Source of the DNA: Chloroflexota bacterium
Lineage (GTDB): Bacteria; Chloroflexota; Dehalococcoidia; Lucifugimonadales; JADFKI01
Assembly: GCA_027623195.1 (NCBI GenBank)
Contig: JAQBUT010000003.1
Span: 95,066 to 159,065, forward strand
Direction: 5' to 3'
DNA: 64,000 nucleotides
Each line of letters starts with the position of its first letter. The first letter of the stretch is position 1. The position numbers and the translations under genes were made by a program. This document shows positions 60,210 through 64,000 of the stretch, piece after piece. Below the pieces are notes generated by a model that worked only from the letters and a program-made list of their open reading frames with translations, was not told the origin of the DNA and ran no database searches.

Positions 60210-60410
60210 TTAAGCGTCGGTGCGGTTTTTGCCCTTTGCGGGGGTGAATATGGACCCTTCGGGAAGGTCCGGATATGGGCTGGTATCTCGTGACCTGGAG
60301 GAGAAAAGCCCGCGAGAAATGGAATTCAGCACGAAGGCGCCAGCAATCCCTAGTGGGACCGCCTTGAGAAATGCCCTTCGAGAGAACTGCTTGTCCTGCT
60401 TCTGCTCCAT
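60210..60410 (-). CDS. Small protein with twin-arginine (Tat-like) motif
   Basis: GGAGG RBS; FSRRAFLK followed by a hydrophobic helix. Confidence 0.6.
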   Translation of the reverse strand: MEQKQDKQFSRRAFLKAVPLGIAGAFVLNSISRGLFSSRSRDTSPYPDLPEGSIFTPAKGKNRTDA

Positions 60411-60644
60411 TTTCGGCAAACCCTCCCAGGTATTTTCATATATTCGTTTAGCCCATGCCCGGTGCAACGAATCAATGTAGAACCGCGGTCATTATAAACA
60501 TCCCTAATCTCCGAGGGCAAGAGTTAAAACTGCCTCATCCATACGCTTTAAGAAATATGTGATTGATGCAGGTTGATTAAAACCAGAACTTAATCGCCCA
60601 TAACGGCCGCGGCGTACCATTCCGTTAGACTTTAATCTGAATCT

Positions 60645-61262
60645 TCAGCCGAGCCACGGTATTACCTGCGCTATCCAGAAGCAACTGTGCACTATGATGA
60701 GCCCCTTTATTGTCTTGCCGACCCAGACCAATAACATAAACCGCCGAAAGGGGAATCGTGCGCTCCCGGCGGCTAGGCCAATTAGGTCGAAAATTGGATT
60801 TGGGATCACGGATACCAGAAATATGATCCAACTGCCCCTACTCTCCATCCACGAGCGCACGCGGGCAAAAAACCTGCGCCGTTCCACGAAGCTGCGACCA
60901 CCGTAGCCTATGGCGTACCCCGATATCTCTCCGAGAGTCTCGCCGGTGCCGGATAGCAGCGCTATGCCAATAAGAAATAGCTCCAGCCCGCCAGCGCCGC
61001 AGACGGCAATGATGCTTGGAACAGGCAACACCAGCGATACGCTGCCCAAAAAGCTCATGAGAAAGACGCCTGCGTAGCCCAGCTTGCGCCAGTAATCGGG
61101 ATTGGTTAGATCGCCCATGATGAGAAGCACGACGGATGTGGCCACCACTATGCCAAGGCCTACTCCGGAGATGGTGAACTGAATCCGACGTTCGTGCTTC
61201 TGCCAGAACGCAGATACGCCATCCATTGTCCGGGAAGATGTACGTAGAGACGTTGTAGGCAA
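60645..61262 (-). CDS. VTT/DedA-family membrane protein
   Basis: LPVP, GETLGEISGYAIGYGG, IPNPIFDLIGLAAG motifs. Confidence 0.85.
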   Translation of the reverse strand: MPTTSLRTSSRTMDGVSAFWQKHERRIQFTISGVGLGIVVATSVVLLIMGDLTNPDYWRKLGYAGVFLMSFLGSVSLVLPVPSIIAVCGAGGLELFLIGIALLSGTGETLGEISGYAIGYGGRSFVERRRFFARVRSWMESRGSWIIFLVSVIPNPIFDLIGLAAGSARFPFRRFMLLVWVGKTIKGLIIVHSCFWIAQVIPWLG

Positions 61263-61383
61263 AAAGTAACCAACCTTGTTGTTGTCAGGCCTGTTGGATG
61301 GAGGGCTGACACGCGTGTGCCATAGAAACAGGAGTAGTTGCTAGTCTAACAGGAGTGAACAGAAAAACACGTTGTTAGGCGTA

Positions 61384-61448
61384 TGGTTCGACAGGTTGAC
61401 CGCGAGGGTAGGAACAAAAAATCCGCTCGTCCTGAGCTTGCATAAGGA
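61384..61448. repeat. REP-like palindromic repeat, copy C (degenerate)
   Basis: TGGTTCGACAGGTTGACCGCGAG ... CCGCTCGTCCTGAGCTTG resemble both arms of copy B in reverse. Confidence 0.6.
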
Positions 61449-61486
61449 AGATGAGTCCGAGCAGGTGCTTTTTGTGAAGAGTTAAC

Positions 61487-61524
61487 AAAAGGAAACCCTA
61501 CCCTGAAAGATGGGTAGGGTTTCC
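61487..61524 (-). terminator. clpC terminator
   Basis: GGAAACCCTACCC...GGGTAGGGTTTCC with a T-run on the minus strand. Confidence 0.85.
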
Positions 61525-61550
61525 AGCCATTTTGGCGTAAAGAGGTCTTA

Positions 61551-63933
61551 CTAGACCTCCACGGTCGCAGGAACAGACGAGGCGGCCCTGGTTAACGTCA
61601 GGTCACCGTCGGCGGCATCGACTTTAATCACGTCGCCGGACTTGAATGCGCCACTGATTATCTGCTTCGATAGAGGGTTCTCCACGTAGCGTTGGATTGC
61701 CCTTCGCAGCGGGCGCGCCCCGTACACAGGGTCGAAGCCCTTGTCTGCAAGCCAGTCCTTGGCCTCCAGCGTAAGTTCTACGGAAACCCCGTGCTCTACC
61801 AGTCGCTCCTCGACTTCAGCAATCATCAGTTCCACTATCTGGTGAATCTGTTCGCTGTTCAGCGGGTCGAAGATGATGATCTCGTCCAGCCGGTTCAAGA
61901 ACTCAGGCCTGAATGCTTTGTGCAAAGCGTCCTCTACCGATGAACGTCGACGTGCCGAATCGTCTTCTTGCCTTCCGGTGACAAATCCCACCGGTTTCTG
62001 GCTGTCCCCTGTCGTGCCCAGGTTGCTGGTCATGATGATCAACGTGTTGCTGAAGTTCACCGTTCTACCGTGGCCGTCCGTTAGGCGACCGTCCTCCATC
62101 ACCTGCAACAGAATGTTGAACACGTCCGGGTGGGCCTTTTCGATCTCGTCCAGTAGGACGACGCGGAACGGCCTTCTGCGCACGGCTTCGGTGAGTTGCC
62201 CTCCCTCGTCATAGCCCACGTACCCGGGCGGCGCACCTATCAAGCGAGACACGGTGTGCCTCTCTTGGAATTCCGACATGTCGATTCGCACCATGTTCTG
62301 CTCGTCGTCGAACAGGTACTCGGCCAGCGCCTTGGCCAACTCCGTCTTGCCTACGCCCGTGGGGCCAAGGAAGATGAAGCTTCCTATAGGGCGCTTGGGG
62401 TCCTGCAGCCCCGCCCTAGCTCGGCGCACCGCGTCGGAGATTGCCACTATGGCCTCCTCCTGGCCGATAACGCGCTCGTGCAGTCGGTCTTCCATATGAA
62501 GAAGCCTGTCCGCCTCGCTTTCCAATAGACGGCTTGCAGGTATGCCAGTCCACGTCGCGATGAGCCTTCCGATGTCGTCGGCCCTAACCACCATATCGGT
62601 GCTCACGTTTTCGCCGTTCAACAGTTCAATGCGCTCGCCGTCGAATTCGGCCTGAAGGCGAGCCTTCTCGGCCTTTAGCTCCGCAGCCTTTTCGTATTCG
62701 CCCATTTCCGCACAGGCCAGCTCCTCATTTTCCAGGTGCCGTATGCGGTTTTCCTTTTTCTTCAGATCGCCAGGCATCATCTGGGAGTCGATGCGCAGCT
62801 TGCTGGCGGCCTCGTCGATTAGATCCACGGCCTTGTCCGGCAGGAATCGGTCGGAAATGTACCGCGCCCCTAGCTTCACTGCCGCCTCAAGAGCCGAGTC
62901 CTCCACCTTGACCTTGTGGTGGGCCTCGTACCTGGGACGCAGGGCTTTCAGCATTTCGATAGCCGTGGCCTGGTCAGGCTCCTCTACAAGGACAGGCTGG
63001 AAGCGACGTTCTAGGGCGGCGTCCTTCTCTATGTACTTGCGGTACTCCTCTTCGGTTGTGGCGCCAAGGGCCTGTAGCTCGCCCCTGGCCAGCGCAGGCT
63101 TCATCATGTTGCTGGCGTCTATAGCGCCTTCAGCGGCACCCGCGCCCACCACGGTGTGTATCTCGTCTATGAATAGGATGATCTCCCGGCCCGCCTCCTT
63201 GACCTCGTCCATGACAGCCTTGAGGCGTTCCTCGAATTCGCCACGGAACTTGGAGCCGGCCACCAGCGAGCCCATGTCCAGGGCGATAACCCGTCTCCCT
63301 TGCAGCTCCTCTGGCACGTCGCCGGACTGGATGCGCTGGGCCAAGCCCTCGGCGATGGCCGTCTTGCCTACTCCCGCACCTCCGATAAGGACAGGGTTGT
63401 TCTTGGTGCGCCGAATCAGCGTCTGCATGACGCGCGCGACCTCGGCGTCTCGCCCCACGATGGGGTCCAACTTGCCTTCTTTGGCCAGTTGCGTCAGGTC
63501 GGTGCTGTATTTTTCCAGGGACCTGTAGCGTCCCTCTGCGCCGGGGTCTGTCACGCGATGGCCTCCTCGTATTTTCTGCAACGCTCGGTAAACTTTTTCG
63601 GTGGTAACGCCGAACTCGTTCAGGACCTGCGCGACATTACCCTGGTCGTCCTGGGTTAGAGCGATGAGCAGGTGCTCGGTGCTAATATAGCCGTCCTTCA
63701 GCCGTTCCCGCTCGGAGTTTGCTCGTTCCAGAAGCTGCTTTACCCTGGGCGTCTGGAAAATCTGGTTCTGCTCGTAGGTGACCTTAGGCGCTTGGCCCAA
63801 CAGGGCGCCGAGCCGTTGATTTAGGCCGCCGATGTCGACGTTCATCTCACGTAAGATTTGAATGGGCACACCTTCAGGCTGCTCCAAAAGTGCCATCAGA
63901 ATGTGCTCGGAGTCCCACTGGGTGTGTTTGTAT
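61551..63933 (-). CDS. clpC: Class I Clp ATPase (ClpC-type, short UVR middle domain); 5' end interrupted by an IS end
   Basis: Two AAA modules (GVGKT twice), [15 protein letters not shown]; Clp_N sequence [16 protein letters not shown] continues upstream of the track start to 63933. Confidence 0.85.
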
Positions 63934-64000
63934 TGAGGTGGTATCGGTTTTTTAGACAGGTAGCTAAGAGAGAGTCCCGCTCCTAAAATGACAGAAATAA
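63934..64000 (+). mobile_element. Terminal inverted repeat of an IS3-family element (rest outside the window)
   Basis: TGAGGTGG...GACA...TAAGAGAGAGTC matches the reverse complement of the IS3 end at 32997-33048. Confidence 0.8.

Noticed and set aside
62743..63528. 261-aa plus-strand ORF
   Set aside because: Antisense shadow of the Clp ATPase

Overview
64-kb bacterial chromosomal window, moderately GC-rich and gene-dense. The gene content (four GMC-oxidoreductase paralogs, a CoA-transferase, an Ldh_2 enzyme, a signal-less ASST, MutS2, ClpC-type ATPase, GAAC-N4-GT(T/A)C boxes) suggests Chloroflexota (Dehalococcoidia/SAR202-like); this is inference. It carries housekeeping genes (fmt, glpD, mutS2, iscA-ygfZ, fabL/fabG/plsX/MaoC pair, serS, ilvE, mgtE, clpC), a two-component system next to secreted DUF5666 and Ig-like proteins, a catabolic operon and a GMC paralog cluster. 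Features the ORF track misses: (1) a DUF3179 lipoprotein with an in-frame UGA in a UxxC motif followed by a SECIS-like hairpin (selenoprotein); (2) an AT-rich DUF5131 + TcmP module with a LexA-like box inside its promoter and TcmP frameshifted at a G8 tract; (3) a second AT-rich orphan (wHTH, RHIM-like N/G motif, helical domain) with the same GAAC-N4-GTAC box; (4) an IS3-family end inside the 5' part of clpC, related to a left-truncated IS3 at 31.8-33.0 kb; (5) a displaced duplicate 3' end of a phosphotransferase gene flanking a methyltransferase; (6) a probable AUC start for glpD; (7) three copies of a REP-like palindrome. No tRNA, rRNA or CRISPR array was recognised. All family calls come from reading motifs, not from database searches.
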